Shown one piece after another: positions 42,362 through 54,493 of a stretch of DNA of 60,779 nucleotides. How positions within the stretch are numbered: position 1 is the stretch's first letter; every line of letters begins with the position of its first letter. This DNA is from a virus, in IMG/VR virus record IMGVR_UViG_3300045988_033451. The stretch is one strand, 5' to 3'. The position numbers and the translations under genes are program-made. A model generated the notes under the pieces. That model made no database searches. It had not been told where the DNA came from and was given only the letters and a program-made list of their open reading frames with translations.

Positions 42362-43114
42362 CTACCTCAATCTGTAATTGCCACTCTCTTTGAACTCGAC
42401 CACATAACCCTTAGACATCTCAATGATTCTGCTACCAAGAGCTTCATCAACCGCAAGTAAATCCTTCGGATATTTCTCCGTTGAAACAATCATAGGTAAC
42501 CGTTTCAAGTATCTGTGATTGATAAGCTCATACATAATGTTGATGTCGCTCTCAGTGATCCTGCCCTTGAACAGATCATCAATAAACAAAACACTTACAT
42601 TCTTCATTCGGTTTATCTCTTCTGAATACTCCACGTTATCTGTAATATTCTGCTTCAACCTTGTAATTGCATCCCGATAACTTACATACTGAACCGGCGT
42701 GCCGTTTTTGATAAGCTGGTTTGCAACGCAGAATCCTAACATTGTCTTTCCTCTTCCCGGAAGTCCGGTAAGCAACAAACTGTTATTCTTCTGATATCTC
42801 TGCATCGGTAAATCTTTACAATACTTCGCAGCTGTTGCTTTTGCAATCTGCAATTCCGACTCATTAAAAGTCTGAAAATCATTAAATCGGACATTCACAT
42901 CTTCCGCATCAATGCCACTTGCTTTCATCAATCTACGATATACTGTTTGTGCCATGCAATCACAATCTCTTGCTACCGATCTGCCATCTTCGTCCTTAAC
43001 GATTACAATATGGGTGTCTTTGCAGATGGGGCATTTGTAGTCTGGCTTGAAATTTCGGTTTGCGCTCTCTACTCGCATACGTCGTAGTTCATCAACCATT
43101 CCCATCTGATTCAC
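42362..43114 (-). CDS. DnaC/IstB-like AAA+ helicase loader
   Basis: Walker A motif LLLTGLPGRGKT and Walker B motif VLFIDDL. Confidence 0.8.
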   Translation of the reverse strand: MNQMGMVDELRRMRVESANRNFKPDYKCPICKDTHIVIVKDEDGRSVARDCDCMAQTVYRRLMKASGIDAEDVNVRFNDFQTFNESELQIAKATAAKYCKDLPMQRYQKNNSLLLTGLPGRGKTMLGFCVANQLIKNGTPVQYVSYRDAITRLKQNITDNVEYSEEINRMKNVSVLFIDDLFKGRITESDINIMYELINHRYLKRLPMIVSTEKYPKDLLAVDEALGSRIIEMSKGYVVEFKESGNYRLR

Positions 43115-43391
43115 ACTCCCTTATGATTTCTACCGCCCTTATAAGTCCTGCCGAAAACGTATTTTCATTTTCGCAAATAGCAACTTCTCTTGCGTATTTA
43201 TCAAAGTTTTCACAGGATGCATCTGCTTCTGCGTTCAAATTTCCAATTACTCGATTTACATTGATTGCTGTTGGAATTTCTCTTATATGCGTCAAAATAC
43301 TTTTGCCATTAACTTGCATATTATCAATACGTAAGTCGTGCAAAAGTCTCATTACAGATTTTCGAGTAATTAAATCATTCATCTTTACCAC
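43092..43391 (-). CDS. Hypothetical protein
   Basis: ORF. Confidence 0.45.
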   Translation of the reverse strand: MVKMNDLITRKSVMRLLHDLRIDNMQVNGKSILTHIREIPTAINVNRVIGNLNAEADASCENFDKYAREVAICENENTFSAGLIRAVEIIRECESDGNG

Positions 43392-43656
43392 CTGCCTTTA
43401 TGATTTCGATTGCATGTTCATAACTTCTCGCTTTCTCTTTTCCTAAATCACTGTCGTATGCATTCTCCCAAAACTTTCGCTCATTTTCCAACTGCTCCAA
43501 AACCTTATCCACATCATAAGCGGTTGGTTGTGTGTCAACAATTCCGATCAACGCAGTCTGCAACACACAAGGATATTCGGCAACTGTCAATATGTTCTTC
43601 AATTCATCTGCATCAATCAGTCTCATTGCTTGCCCTCCTGTTCTTTTATCAGACAA
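43375..43656 (-). CDS. Hypothetical protein
   Basis: ORF. The start is uncertain. Confidence 0.45.
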   Translation of the reverse strand: MSDKRTGGQAMRLIDADELKNILTVAEYPCVLQTALIGIVDTQPTAYDVDKVLEQLENERKFWENAYDSDLGKEKARSYEHAIEIIKAGGKDE

Positions 43657-43734
43657 TAATTGTAAGCCATACAGCCATCACAAGTCTGTCTTTGACATCC
43701 TTCCTCTAAATAATCCGCTCCATCTTCCATATAT

Positions 43735-44022
43735 TCAGCTTCGCTCATCTTCATCACTCCAATCTAACTTCTGTCCGCACTGGTGGCAGTACTTTAAATC
43801 GCTTCTAACTATTCTTCTTTCGCATACTGGGCATAACCATAATGCTGTACAACCTAAATTTGCAATATATAGCGGTTTCTTAGGAATTTGCTTTTCAAGT
43901 GCTTGTATTGCCATTCCATAAGCATTTTCAAAAGAACATCCCCATGAAGTATCACAAGGGATTGCCTTACCAAGTTCATTGCAGTCATATTTTAGTTCTT
44001 CGATAGCTTCACTCTCTGTCAT
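43735..44022 (-). CDS. Zinc-finger protein
   Basis: GAGGGA RBS before MTESEAIEEL. CPVCERR...CHQCGQ. Confidence 0.5.
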   Translation of the reverse strand: MTESEAIEELKYDCNELGKAIPCDTSWGCSFENAYGMAIQALEKQIPKKPLYIANLGCTALWLCPVCERRIVRSDLKYCHQCGQKLDWSDEDERS

Positions 44023-44023
44023 A

Positions 44024-44188
44024 TTATCCCTCACTTTCTTCTTCTTCCGCATTGCCTACTGCAAGTGCTAAAAATTCGTCAAATTCATCTGTTGTAATAT
44101 CCCAACTGTCGCACCAATCGTACAAGGATATTCTTTGGCACTCTTTTTTAAGTGCATATGCTATTGTTTCTGCTTTTGATTTCCTCAT
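44024..44188 (-). CDS. Small hypothetical protein (54 aa)
   Basis: GAGGGA RBS. Below the track cut-off. Confidence 0.4.
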   Translation of the reverse strand: MRKSKAETIAYALKKECQRISLYDWCDSWDITTDEFDEFLALAVGNAEEEESEG

Positions 44189-44189
44189 A

Positions 44190-44657
44190 TTATCCCTCGC
44201 TTTCTAATAACTCTTTATTGTCAAATATGTTGCCGATAACTTCATAGTCAACGGCTTTTTTATATTCTTTAAAATCATTGGTTTTCCAATCACAAATCAT
44301 TGGTTCCCATTCGCCCATTGGAATGTTATGTGAATTATTTAATACAATGTCAAATCTTGCACAAGGTACATTCCATTTAACAATAAAATAATTTCCATTA
44401 TGTAGGATATCATTCTCCCAAATCAGCTTGCCGTTCTTGTCTTTCAAGCCTGTACATTGGCAGATGGTGGATGGGTCTACTTCACAGAAATCTATACCGG
44501 TAACGTTCCAATCATCACAAGCAGTTCCGTTATATTTTTCAATAACAAGACCGCCTATAAATATTCTCCCATTTTCAAATCCATCATCAAACAGGTAGCC
44601 TTGCACCCATTCTCCGTCACTAATCCTCTTAGCCTTGAATAAATATCTATCTTCCAT
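44190..44657 (-). CDS. YopX-family protein
   Basis: FKAKRISDGEWVQGYL...CQCTGLKDKNGKLIWENDI...VIGNIFDN. Confidence 0.7.
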   Translation of the reverse strand: MEDRYLFKAKRISDGEWVQGYLFDDGFENGRIFIGGLVIEKYNGTACDDWNVTGIDFCEVDPSTICQCTGLKDKNGKLIWENDILHNGNYFIVKWNVPCARFDIVLNNSHNIPMGEWEPMICDWKTNDFKEYKKAVDYEVIGNIFDNKELLESEG

Positions 44658-44665
44658 GTTCTCTC

Positions 44666-44878
44666 CTATTCTGCTTCTGACTGAAGCCATTCTTTCCAGC
44701 ATTTAGAACATTCCGTTTTTTCACAGCAACAATCGCACGGAATGTCCGCATACTGTGAGGAAATACCATCTTCTCCGACAATATCTAAAAACTCTGCTAA
44801 CTCTTCATCCGACATATTCCTTATTCTGTCGGCTTTGGTCTGTGACTTTGCTTTTCCAATATCACTCATATTCTCCAC
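44666..44878 (-). CDS. Hypothetical Cys-rich protein
   Basis: ORF. Confidence 0.45.
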   Translation of the reverse strand: MENMSDIGKAKSQTKADRIRNMSDEELAEFLDIVGEDGISSQYADIPCDCCCEKTECSKCWKEWLQSEAE

Positions 44879-45224
44879 CTCTCAATTCTTCAAAATAGAA
44901 TTTCACATCGTCCGACATATGCTTCACGATTCCAAACCGCTCCGCCACTTGATATGGTATGCTGTCACGCATAAGCCTTTTATGTATTTCTGAAAGATAC
45001 TTTCGAAATCCCTCGACATCTAAAGTGGCTTTATAGTGGTTGCAGCTCCTACAAGCCGGCATGTAGTTCGATATGTCGTCCGTTCCACCTATCCTAAGCG
45101 GTATTGCATGGTCTACTTGCATATCCTTATAATCAATCTGTTTGCCACAATAAGCACAATGTCCGTCATACATGAGATATACAGATTGCCGCACTTTTTT
45201 AGGTATTGTTTTTCGTTTATTCAT
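44862..45224 (-). CDS. HNH endonuclease
   Basis: CAYCGK...VDHAIPL...CRSCNHYK. Confidence 0.8.
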   Translation of the reverse strand: MNKRKTIPKKVRQSVYLMYDGHCAYCGKQIDYKDMQVDHAIPLRIGGTDDISNYMPACRSCNHYKATLDVEGFRKYLSEIHKRLMRDSIPYQVAERFGIVKHMSDDVKFYFEELRGGEYE

Positions 45225-45525
45225 CGCTACATATCAATCCTTCCTGGTAATTAAAATTTTCAAAATCTTTGTAATTTGGATGCACTGTATGTATATACAA
45301 TTCGATGCCACCACCATTCCAAAGCAAAATATGATCTTCATTTTCAAACTTACATATCCACCACGAGCCTTTTTCAACCATAAATTTGTCTAAAGTATCA
45401 TCTTTGCTCAACTCAAAATCTTTGGTACAAATTCTTATATCCTTGTTTTCAAAACATTTTTCGCATTGATTATCGCAATTATCTCCTAAGATATTTTCAT
45501 AATACCATTCACAAGGTACAAACAT
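45217..45525 (-). CDS. Hypothetical protein
   Basis: ORF. Confidence 0.45.
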   Translation of the reverse strand: MFVPCEWYYENILGDNCDNQCEKCFENKDIRICTKDFELSKDDTLDKFMVEKGSWWICKFENEDHILLWNGGGIELYIHTVHPNYKDFENFNYQEGLICSDE

Positions 45526-45542
45526 ATTTTCAACCGCCTTTC

Positions 45543-45980
45543 TTATCTCAATTCTTTCAGTTTTGCTTCGGCTTCGGATTTGCTTAAAAATACCGACTTG
45601 CCGATTTCACTTTCTGCAAAACTTCCTGTAATACTCCCATTTGAATTCGTATAATAGAATACGACTTCTTTTGTTGCAACAGGTTCGTCAATGTATCCTT
45701 CACATTCACCAAACGAAAAGGCCGTTATTGTATATGCATAAGGTCTGCCATAATCGTTATCCCAGACTATATCTCCCACCATGCAAGGCAACTTAATAAG
45801 TCTGCCCTGTTCCTCTAAGTCCTCATATTCGCCAAGTTTCTTACAAACCGAATAACTAAAATCACACTCGTCACACTTTTCAGATGCCCCATTTCCGCCA
45901 CATCTTTCAAAACATTCCGGATAATAGTAGTCTCCGTTATTATTCTTTGTCAATCTATCCATAAAATCAATCTCCTCCAA
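45543..45980 (-). CDS. Hypothetical protein
   Basis: ORF. Confidence 0.45.
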   Translation of the reverse strand: MEEIDFMDRLTKNNNGDYYYPECFERCGGNGASEKCDECDFSYSVCKKLGEYEDLEEQGRLIKLPCMVGDIVWDNDYGRPYAYTITAFSFGECEGYIDEPVATKEVVFYYTNSNGSITGSFAESEIGKSVFLSKSEAEAKLKELR

Positions 45981-46887
45981 ACATTTTATTTATTTCTTCG
46001 TCGCTCAGAATTGGAACATTCTGTCTCTGACGTTCTGCAAGCGAATCCAACTGCATATCGGTTACAGATTTATGATCCGATCTGTTTTGACCGTCTTTCT
46101 TATCCGAATACTGACCCTCTAAAACCTTTGGGAAGTTGTTCGGCTTTACAAACCAATCAAATGTGATTACCCAAGCGCGCCGGCTATCACTCTTCCCTTG
46201 CAAGAAGCTGCTATGCTTAATGTTCTCGATTGCAGTTATCACATCATCAAGCGAAAACTGTTTAATTCTCGCATTCAACATCCGGTACCGGTTAGAACCG
46301 CTTGACAATTTCTTAATTGATGCAATTCCGTATTTTTCAAGTTCGTTCCACTTATCCACAACACGTCTGACATCTTGTGTCTGACATATAGTATCGTTAG
46401 ATACTATATATATATTCTTATCTTCTTTATTTCTTATATTCTTTATTTGTGGTTCGTCTGCTGGTTCGTCTGGTAGTCCGTCTGGTGGTTCTAGTGCTAG
46501 TTCGTCTGCTAGTTCGGCCGTTGGTTCGTGTGGTGGTTCGCCTTGCTTATCTTGATTCTGATAAATGCAGTAATTTACTACGTTTACAAGGGTTCCTTTG
46601 TTGGTTCGCCTAGTGACTATCATGTGTTCACGTTCAAGCACATCCAAGTAACGCTTAACCTTGTTCCGGGACCACATCCAACGATCACACAATTTCTCGA
46701 TACTAAGCATATATGAACCACGTTTAATAGTCTCAATCTTCCCATCAATCATAAGATTTTTGTCTTGGTGTTCCATAAGAAGCAACAAGTCAATCCATGC
46801 GCTTCTTTTATCGAATGGTTCTTTAATTCTCCATAAAAAGCATTCCTGTATCTGCCTGTGAAGTTTTATCCATCCACTCATAAGCAA
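45967..46887 (-). CDS. Replication initiator / replisome organizer (wHTH N-terminus, DnaD-like C-terminus)
   Basis: GWIKLHRQI...RSAWIDLLLL...SIEKLCDRWMWSRNKVKRYLDVLE at the N-terminus. The C-terminal region has WNELEKYG...RYRMLNARIKQF... Confidence 0.7.
   Translation of the reverse strand: MLMSGWIKLHRQIQECFLWRIKEPFDKRSAWIDLLLLMEHQDKNLMIDGKIETIKRGSYMLSIEKLCDRWMWSRNKVKRYLDVLEREHMIVTRRTNKGTLVNVVNYCIYQNQDKQGEPPHEPTAELADELALEPPDGLPDEPADEPQIKNIRNKEDKNIYIVSNDTICQTQDVRRVVDKWNELEKYGIASIKKLSSGSNRYRMLNARIKQFSLDDVITAIENIKHSSFLQGKSDSRRAWVITFDWFVKPNNFPKVLEGQYSDKKDGQNRSDHKSVTDMQLDSLAERQRQNVPILSDEEINKMFGGD
46450..46545. repeat. Eight degenerate 12-bp tandem units (TGGTTCGTCTGC-like) inside the initiator gene. 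Iteron/origin candidate.
   Basis: Units tile 46450-46545 exactly. They encode the linker EPPHEPTAELADELALEPPDGLPDEPADEP. Confidence 0.6.
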
Positions 46888-46890
46888 TCA

Positions 46891-47355
46891 TCACTCCTCG
46901 AAAATTTGAATACCGTTGTTCACAGCATATATCATTTCCTGAGATGCCCCTAAACTGTATTCCCATCCCTTTAACATACAAATCGCATCGCACATAGATA
47001 ACATGCATATAGACATCTTCATATATTCTTCGTGCGTCGTGTCGCCCGGCATATTAGAATTTACTTTCGCTGGGTTGATAACGCTGTATTCTCCATTTAA
47101 TCGTTTCTCCGCTGCTTCAAAACGTTCCATGTAATCTGTGGTTCCTGTGATCGGACCGCTGATATAAACCCTAATTTTTGGGCCATTGTCTTTCAACTCC
47201 TTTGCAATTTCGAGAAGATCATCACGCGTAAGATTTTTACATTCTCCTGAATAATATCCGCAATGTTTGTCTGCCGCTTTGATAAAATCATCAATCGCCT
47301 TATCATACCCAAACTTGCACAATTCTTCGTAAGTCGCCATTGCCATTCTATACAC
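46891..47355 (-). CDS. DUF4406 / nucleoside 2-deoxyribosyltransferase-like protein
   Basis: RVYISGPITG...INPA... pattern. Confidence 0.5.
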   Translation of the reverse strand: MYRMAMATYEELCKFGYDKAIDDFIKAADKHCGYYSGECKNLTRDDLLEIAKELKDNGPKIRVYISGPITGTTDYMERFEAAEKRLNGEYSVINPAKVNSNMPGDTTHEEYMKMSICMLSMCDAICMLKGWEYSLGASQEMIYAVNNGIQIFEE

Positions 47356-47581
47356 CGCCTTCCCACGCTTTAATCATCGTTTTCTTGCTATCCAGTGAAG
47401 TCTCGGTATAATAACATCCAAGCTCCCGGTAATACTGATTATCCGGCGTATAAATCGTAACCTGTGACATATAATCGCGTATCATAGCCATAGCCTTATC
47501 CTTGCGCTTCTTGTCAAGAAAAATAATCGGTCGTATTCCGTACCGATTTTTATATGCCTTTTTCCACCGCCTATTATTCAT
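47348..47581 (-). CDS. Hypothetical protein
   Basis: ORF. Confidence 0.45.
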   Translation of the reverse strand: MNNRRWKKAYKNRYGIRPIIFLDKKRKDKAMAMIRDYMSQVTIYTPDNQYYRELGCYYTETSLDSKKTMIKAWEGGV

Positions 47582-47855
47582 CGCTATTCATCCTCTCATC
47601 ACATCTACTATGTTTTTGGCATACATAAATTTGGATTTCTCTATCAGATACTCCATACACCTGTTTCAGAATATCCATACAGATCATAACGTCCGCCATC
47701 TCTTCAATGAGATTGTCTCTGTTGTCCTTGCCGCGCTTCATCTTGCTAATTGCCTGTATAAGCTCCGAACATTCCTCCATGCATACGGTCGTCTGTAAAT
47801 CATCGCCATAATGTTCGATACTCTTTTTCACTACGTTTGAATCAATAATAATCAT
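47574..47855 (-). CDS. MazG-like nucleotide pyrophosphohydrolase
   Basis: EECSELIQAISK...LIEEMADVMICMD. Confidence 0.65.
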   Translation of the reverse strand: MIIIDSNVVKKSIEHYGDDLQTTVCMEECSELIQAISKMKRGKDNRDNLIEEMADVMICMDILKQVYGVSDREIQIYVCQKHSRCDERMNSDE

Positions 47856-48250
47856 TTCAACCTCACATCCTTTTCATTCATGCGGATTGAATACTCCAAT
47901 CCGCACTCTTCTTTTAAAATTGATATCTGATCGCTCCAATCGGTATAGTTTTCGCCGATGCACTCTGCCTTGAAGTTAAAGCGCTTCTTAAATCGGTTTA
48001 ACCTATCTCTACCAAAACCAAATTCATCATGCAACGTTACAGATGCAAGAATCAGAATCGTGTCAAGCATCATGTTCTTTGCGTTATCTGTAAACTCCTG
48101 CAACGCCTTATCATCAATACGAACAGGTATGTTATATGCTCCACGCTTCTTTAAATCCTCTTCTAAAGCATCTAAACCATGTTCTCTTGCGTATCTAAGT
48201 GCATAAGACATTCCCTCGCGTCTTGCTTGTTCCTCTTTGCTTTTGCTCAT
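47852..48250 (-). CDS. Hypothetical protein
   Basis: ORF. Confidence 0.5.
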   Translation of the reverse strand: MSKSKEEQARREGMSYALRYAREHGLDALEEDLKKRGAYNIPVRIDDKALQEFTDNAKNMMLDTILILASVTLHDEFGFGRDRLNRFKKRFNFKAECIGENYTDWSDQISILKEECGLEYSIRMNEKDVRLK

Positions 48251-48263
48251 TACTCAATCACTC

Positions 48264-48476
48264 CTAACTCTCTTTGTGACGATTTTTCTTATACCGTTCC
48301 CATTGTTCCTTATGCATATCTTTTAGAGAATTATGCACAAATTTCTGTTGTCGGATACTCTCTTTGAGTTCCTCGTGTGCTTCTGTATATGCCTTATATC
48401 TGTCACATATACCATGACACCCGATATTACGATCAGAACAATCCATGCACGGGCACGGTGATAGTGGTTTAACCAT
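48264..48476 (-). CDS. Cys-rich small protein
   Basis: ORF. Confidence 0.45.
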   Translation of the reverse strand: MVKPLSPCPCMDCSDRNIGCHGICDRYKAYTEAHEELKESIRQQKFVHNSLKDMHKEQWERYKKNRHKES

Positions 48477-48480
48477 TTAA

Positions 48481-49233
48481 TCACTCCTGTTTAATATTCA
48501 AGTTTTTAAACATGGCGCACATAACATCAACGACTATACTGTTGCCAAACTGCTTGTATAACTGCGTATTACTGTTTACTGCTGCCATTTTGTCAATATC
48601 TTCATCAGATACGCCCATCAACCGACCACATTCTCTAGGGGTTAGCTTTCTAATGCGATATTGGGTTTCAATTCTGCACAATTCTTGGTTCTGTGCCATA
48701 ATTGTAGAGCATACGCTTCCACGATCCTGTACTCTGACACGTCTAGTGTCACTGTCTGGGAAACTTAAATCAGCCACTCCACCTAGTTCACATTCGGCAT
48801 ATCCTCGCTTTGTCGCTTGTTTTACAAGAACCATATTATCTTTCTGCACGCTCGTTAAACAATTACTTGTGCCTTGTGTATTCGCTTCTAACCGCTGCTC
48901 TGTTGGACTTCCTGTAGTTCTATCTGACGGATTATCAGGATTTCTGCCACGCATGGCAACTATCTGACTTTCACATATTTTAATCTGTTGTGTACCACCA
49001 CCCTCAACTGTTGTGATATTAGGGCAAAGTGCATTTTCATCATATACTGTGTTTGATTGATGTTTTCCTGTGCCATTATCCATAAATCCCAACTGCTTCG
49101 CTTCAAGAATTTTCGGCTCTTGATTACCGCCTTGCATTGTACTCAATGTTGGACTACACCCCCCCACATCATAAATTCTGTTGGTACTCTCAAATTTTGC
49201 TTCAAGAGAACCTAAAACATTTACATCTGCCAT
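48481..49233 (-). CDS. C5 DNA methyltransferase, C-terminal piece (target-recognition segments plus motifs IX-X) with its own RBS
   Basis: RIRKLTPRECGRLMG (motif IX) and QFGNSIVV (motif X). AGGAG RBS. Confidence 0.75.
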   Translation of the reverse strand: MADVNVLGSLEAKFESTNRIYDVGGCSPTLSTMQGGNQEPKILEAKQLGFMDNGTGKHQSNTVYDENALCPNITTVEGGGTQQIKICESQIVAMRGRNPDNPSDRTTGSPTEQRLEANTQGTSNCLTSVQKDNMVLVKQATKRGYAECELGGVADLSFPDSDTRRVRVQDRGSVCSTIMAQNQELCRIETQYRIRKLTPRECGRLMGVSDEDIDKMAAVNSNTQLYKQFGNSIVVDVMCAMFKNLNIKQE

Positions 49234-49378
49234 AACTACTCCTAAATCATGTGTATATGCTTCCTATTACTTCCATTCAACTACTCCATTCGTTCCGTAA
49301 TTATTCAATCCCTTATAATCTCTTGCCATAATTGTTGCCGAAACATCAATCACGGACGCTGTTGGTTCAATATCCTTA

Positions 49379-50361
<983 letters not shown>

Positions 50362-50365
<4 letters not shown>

Positions 50366-50952
50366 TCATCCCCACTTCCCAACAAACTCATAAACTTCTC
50401 GTACTGTTTCTGCGATACCTTATTGCTTTTCTTTTCGTCCTTAATTTCGATTTTAAGGTGTTTTTCTGCGATAGAGGATAATTCCCTTGCCAAAACCTTT
50501 TGACCTTGCTGTATGCCGTCTCTATATCCCTTAGCAGACTTAAATTCATTTATCTTCTCCTTTCCCTCTCCTTGACCTCCGGCAGTTTTGTTGTATCGAC
50601 ATTGATACCCCTTTTTCGTGTATTCTAAAATCCAATACTGTTCCCATTTGTCAAGTTCGCTTGCCGGATAATGGATGAAATTCAGTCTCCAACCATAAGG
50701 GTTTTCTTCGCTCCAAAATCCTCTTTTCTTGATGGATAAATCTATGTGCTGATATCCTGCAAGATGTCCGCACATCCTTTGTAAGATATGTAATGCCTGT
50801 CCGATGTAAAAATAGCCTATATTGTTTTCATCAACCCTTGTCAGAAAATATATTCCACTTTTATCATCAAGATTAGGATTTATATTTAACAACCTTTGGC
50901 TATTAACTTTTTCTATCGACTTGGCTTTTGCGATATTCTTGTATTTCTTCAC
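50362..50952 (-). CDS. GIY-YIG nuclease (homing-endonuclease-like)
   Basis: GIYFLTR...YIGQA. Confidence 0.65.
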
Positions 50953-51589
50953 TGTTTGCCACCTCTATTCTCAAATCTAAATATTTGCAATTTTGACCGC
51001 CATTTGCATAATGCATCAAATTCCAATAATCAACATTGTATTTACGAGACATATTAGCAACTGTTCCAATTTCTCCGTTTATTTTGACAAACCTGTTATT
51101 GTTCTTATTGTTGGCTTGGACAAATTTGTCAACCCATCTACAGTTGCTTGGCGAATATCCCCTGTTATTGTTTATTCTGTCTATAGTCAAACCGTCTCTA
51201 TATCCATTTGAAAGCGCCCAATTGCAAAAGTTTTCAAATCCTTTATCTCCTAACCATTCATCGCATACAGTTATCCCTCTTCCACCATATTGCAAATATT
51301 CATAATTGCTTTTCCGCAAGCATCTGTTTTTCATGTTGATATAAGCATATTGAATTTTTGTATTTGCAAGTCCGTTTTTATAATTAACTTTTGAAATCAA
51401 TTCTTTATTTAAGCATCCGCACGATTTTGTGTGTCCGCCCCTAAGATGTGATCCGTCTACTATAACAACATTCCCACATTCACACTTGCACTTCCACATA
51501 GTTCTTCTACGACCTCTTACTCCTGCATATTCAATCACAGTAAGTCGACCAAATTTCTTCCCGTGCATTTCGATTTTATAACATGCCAT
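50903..51589 (-). CDS. Homing-endonuclease-like DNA-binding protein
   Basis: FGRLTVI...WKCKCECGN...SCGC and TIDRINNNRGYSPSNCRWV motifs. Confidence 0.55.
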   Translation of the reverse strand: MACYKIEMHGKKFGRLTVIEYAGVRGRRRTMWKCKCECGNVVIVDGSHLRGGHTKSCGCLNKELISKVNYKNGLANTKIQYAYINMKNRCLRKSNYEYLQYGGRGITVCDEWLGDKGFENFCNWALSNGYRDGLTIDRINNNRGYSPSNCRWVDKFVQANNKNNNRFVKINGEIGTVANMSRKYNVDYWNLMHYANGGQNCKYLDLRIEVANSEEIQEYRKSQVDRKS

Positions 51590-51622
51590 TCGTTATTCCT
51601 TTCTTCTGTAATTCGTAGCCAC

Positions 51623-51817
51623 TTACGTCTCACACTCCTTTAAGTCGCTTGCTATCTGGTCTAAATCTGATACGATCTGTGCAAAGCAATCTGTCGGATT
51701 CTCACTTACAAGGTCTTTAATTGCCTGCACAACATCGTCCACGCCTTGATTGTACTGATTCTGTTCGTCAATATTTACCACATTTTTCACTCTCCTTTGT
51801 TCCCTACCGCCCACCAC
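51623..51817 (-). CDS. Hypothetical protein
   Basis: ORF. Confidence 0.4.
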   Translation of the reverse strand: MVGGREQRRVKNVVNIDEQNQYNQGVDDVVQAIKDLVSENPTDCFAQIVSDLDQIASDLKECET

Positions 51818-51826
51818 TTATAAAAC

Positions 51827-53054
<1,228 letters not shown>

Positions 53055-53065
53055 ATCATCAACTC

Positions 53066-53497
53066 CTACTTAAATGGTAAATCGTTGCCTGTCAATCCTG
53101 TCGGAATATCCATGAATCCGGCGTCGGAAGGCATCGGCTTCGGTGCATCCTGTGTATTACCGCCCTGCCTACTTTCGCAAAATTCGTGTTCTTCGACAAC
53201 AACGTCTGTCGTGTACACCTTATTTCCGTCTTTGTTCGTGTAACTTCCTGTCTGGATGCGTCCTACAATCGCAATCTTTGTCCCCTGCTTCAAATACTTT
53301 TCTGCAAACTCGGCGTTCTTTCCGAAAGCAATGCAGCTAATAAAATCTGCGTTCTGTTCGTTCCCAGAATTGTCTTTTCTCTGAAATCTACGATCAACTG
53401 CAAGTGTATATCTTGCGATTGCCAACGGTTCTGATGCCTGTGTGTATCTGATTTCCGGGTCGCGGGTCAATCGACCCATCAAAATTACTTTGTTCAT
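53066..53497 (-). CDS. ssb: Single-stranded DNA-binding protein
   Basis: MNKVILMGRLTRDPEIRYT... OB fold with an acidic C-terminal tail ...GNDLPFK. GGAGGT RBS. Confidence 0.9.
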   Translation of the reverse strand: MNKVILMGRLTRDPEIRYTQASEPLAIARYTLAVDRRFQRKDNSGNEQNADFISCIAFGKNAEFAEKYLKQGTKIAIVGRIQTGSYTNKDGNKVYTTDVVVEEHEFCESRQGGNTQDAPKPMPSDAGFMDIPTGLTGNDLPFK

Positions 53498-53514
53498 GTT
53501 TAATACCTCCATCT

Positions 53515-54111
53515 CTAATATGTTAAATCATCATATTTATTGCCCTTGACAATGAAATCTTCGGAATAAGACATCTCATACGATATGCCTGTCTCTTTGC
53601 ACTTGAACTCGAAACACGCTGCACTTGCAATCCACCGGCACACATACCGCTTGCCGTTCTTATCTTCGCAAATATCGTGTTCATAGATAAGTTCTCCATC
53701 TGTGTCTCTGCATCCGGTACATCGGCAAATCGTGTCCTTGTCAATGATGTGTGCCATATCCATGAGAAGTTCCTTCGCAGATCGCATACATGCTCCCTCT
53801 GATTTCTCGATAATGAATACAAAATTGTCTTTCCAATCCTGTATCACAATGCCGCCATATACCCATTCTTTATTGTCTGCATCAATGGCTTTGCACTGCA
53901 TAGCATCCTGTTTCATTCCCATTTCATAATTCCTTTCACACCAACAATCTTGGCAATAATCGTTATCGCCATCGTGAATAAACTTTTCTGCATCGGTTGT
54001 TGTCTCACCGCATCTGTCACACTCAAACACGTAATAGTCATACTGCCTACCGCAGTTAATGCATCCTTACGGGCATCCGACACAATCATTTTCTTTCCAT
54101 CTGCTCATCAT
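53515..54111 (-). CDS. Zn-ribbon + YopX-like protein with an in-frame TAA at codon 15
   Basis: The ATG at 54111 overlaps the upstream stop (ATGA). Translation is MMSRWKENDCVGCP*GCINCGRQYDYYVFECDRCGE..., with the TAA at 54067-54069. The track ORF starts at the GTG at 54030. Confidence 0.5.
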
Positions 54112-54479
54112 CCCACCGCCTTGTCCTGAATAATCTTGCCCGGCTTGATGCGTGTAAGAAGTCCAAGTTCCAATCCGTTATGCGGTCTCCACAGATGCAA
54201 GCAATTATCAACCATGTTGACGTACTCGCTTTTCTTCGGCATGATCTGATATGCTTCCTCTTCATCGTCGAAAAACGCATCTTTCAGCTCGCACATTGCA
54301 TTCCAATCAGGTAAACGTCCGTTATACGGACAGAAACTTACATGTTCATAACCTCTTTCATTGTTAGAGAAAACAACGCTGCCCTTATACTTTCCGACCA
54401 TGATTTCTGCGCTGTACGTATTGATGTCGATTTTCTTCACGTAGGAAAGCGTTTTCTTAATCTCTTCAATATCTTTCAT
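54108..54479 (-). CDS. Hypothetical protein
   Basis: ORF. Confidence 0.5.
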   Translation of the reverse strand: MKDIEEIKKTLSYVKKIDINTYSAEIMVGKYKGSVVFSNNERGYEHVSFCPYNGRLPDWNAMCELKDAFFDDEEEAYQIMPKKSEYVNMVDNCLHLWRPHNGLELGLLTRIKPGKIIQDKAVG

Positions 54480-54493
54480 GCTGTCACTCCTTT

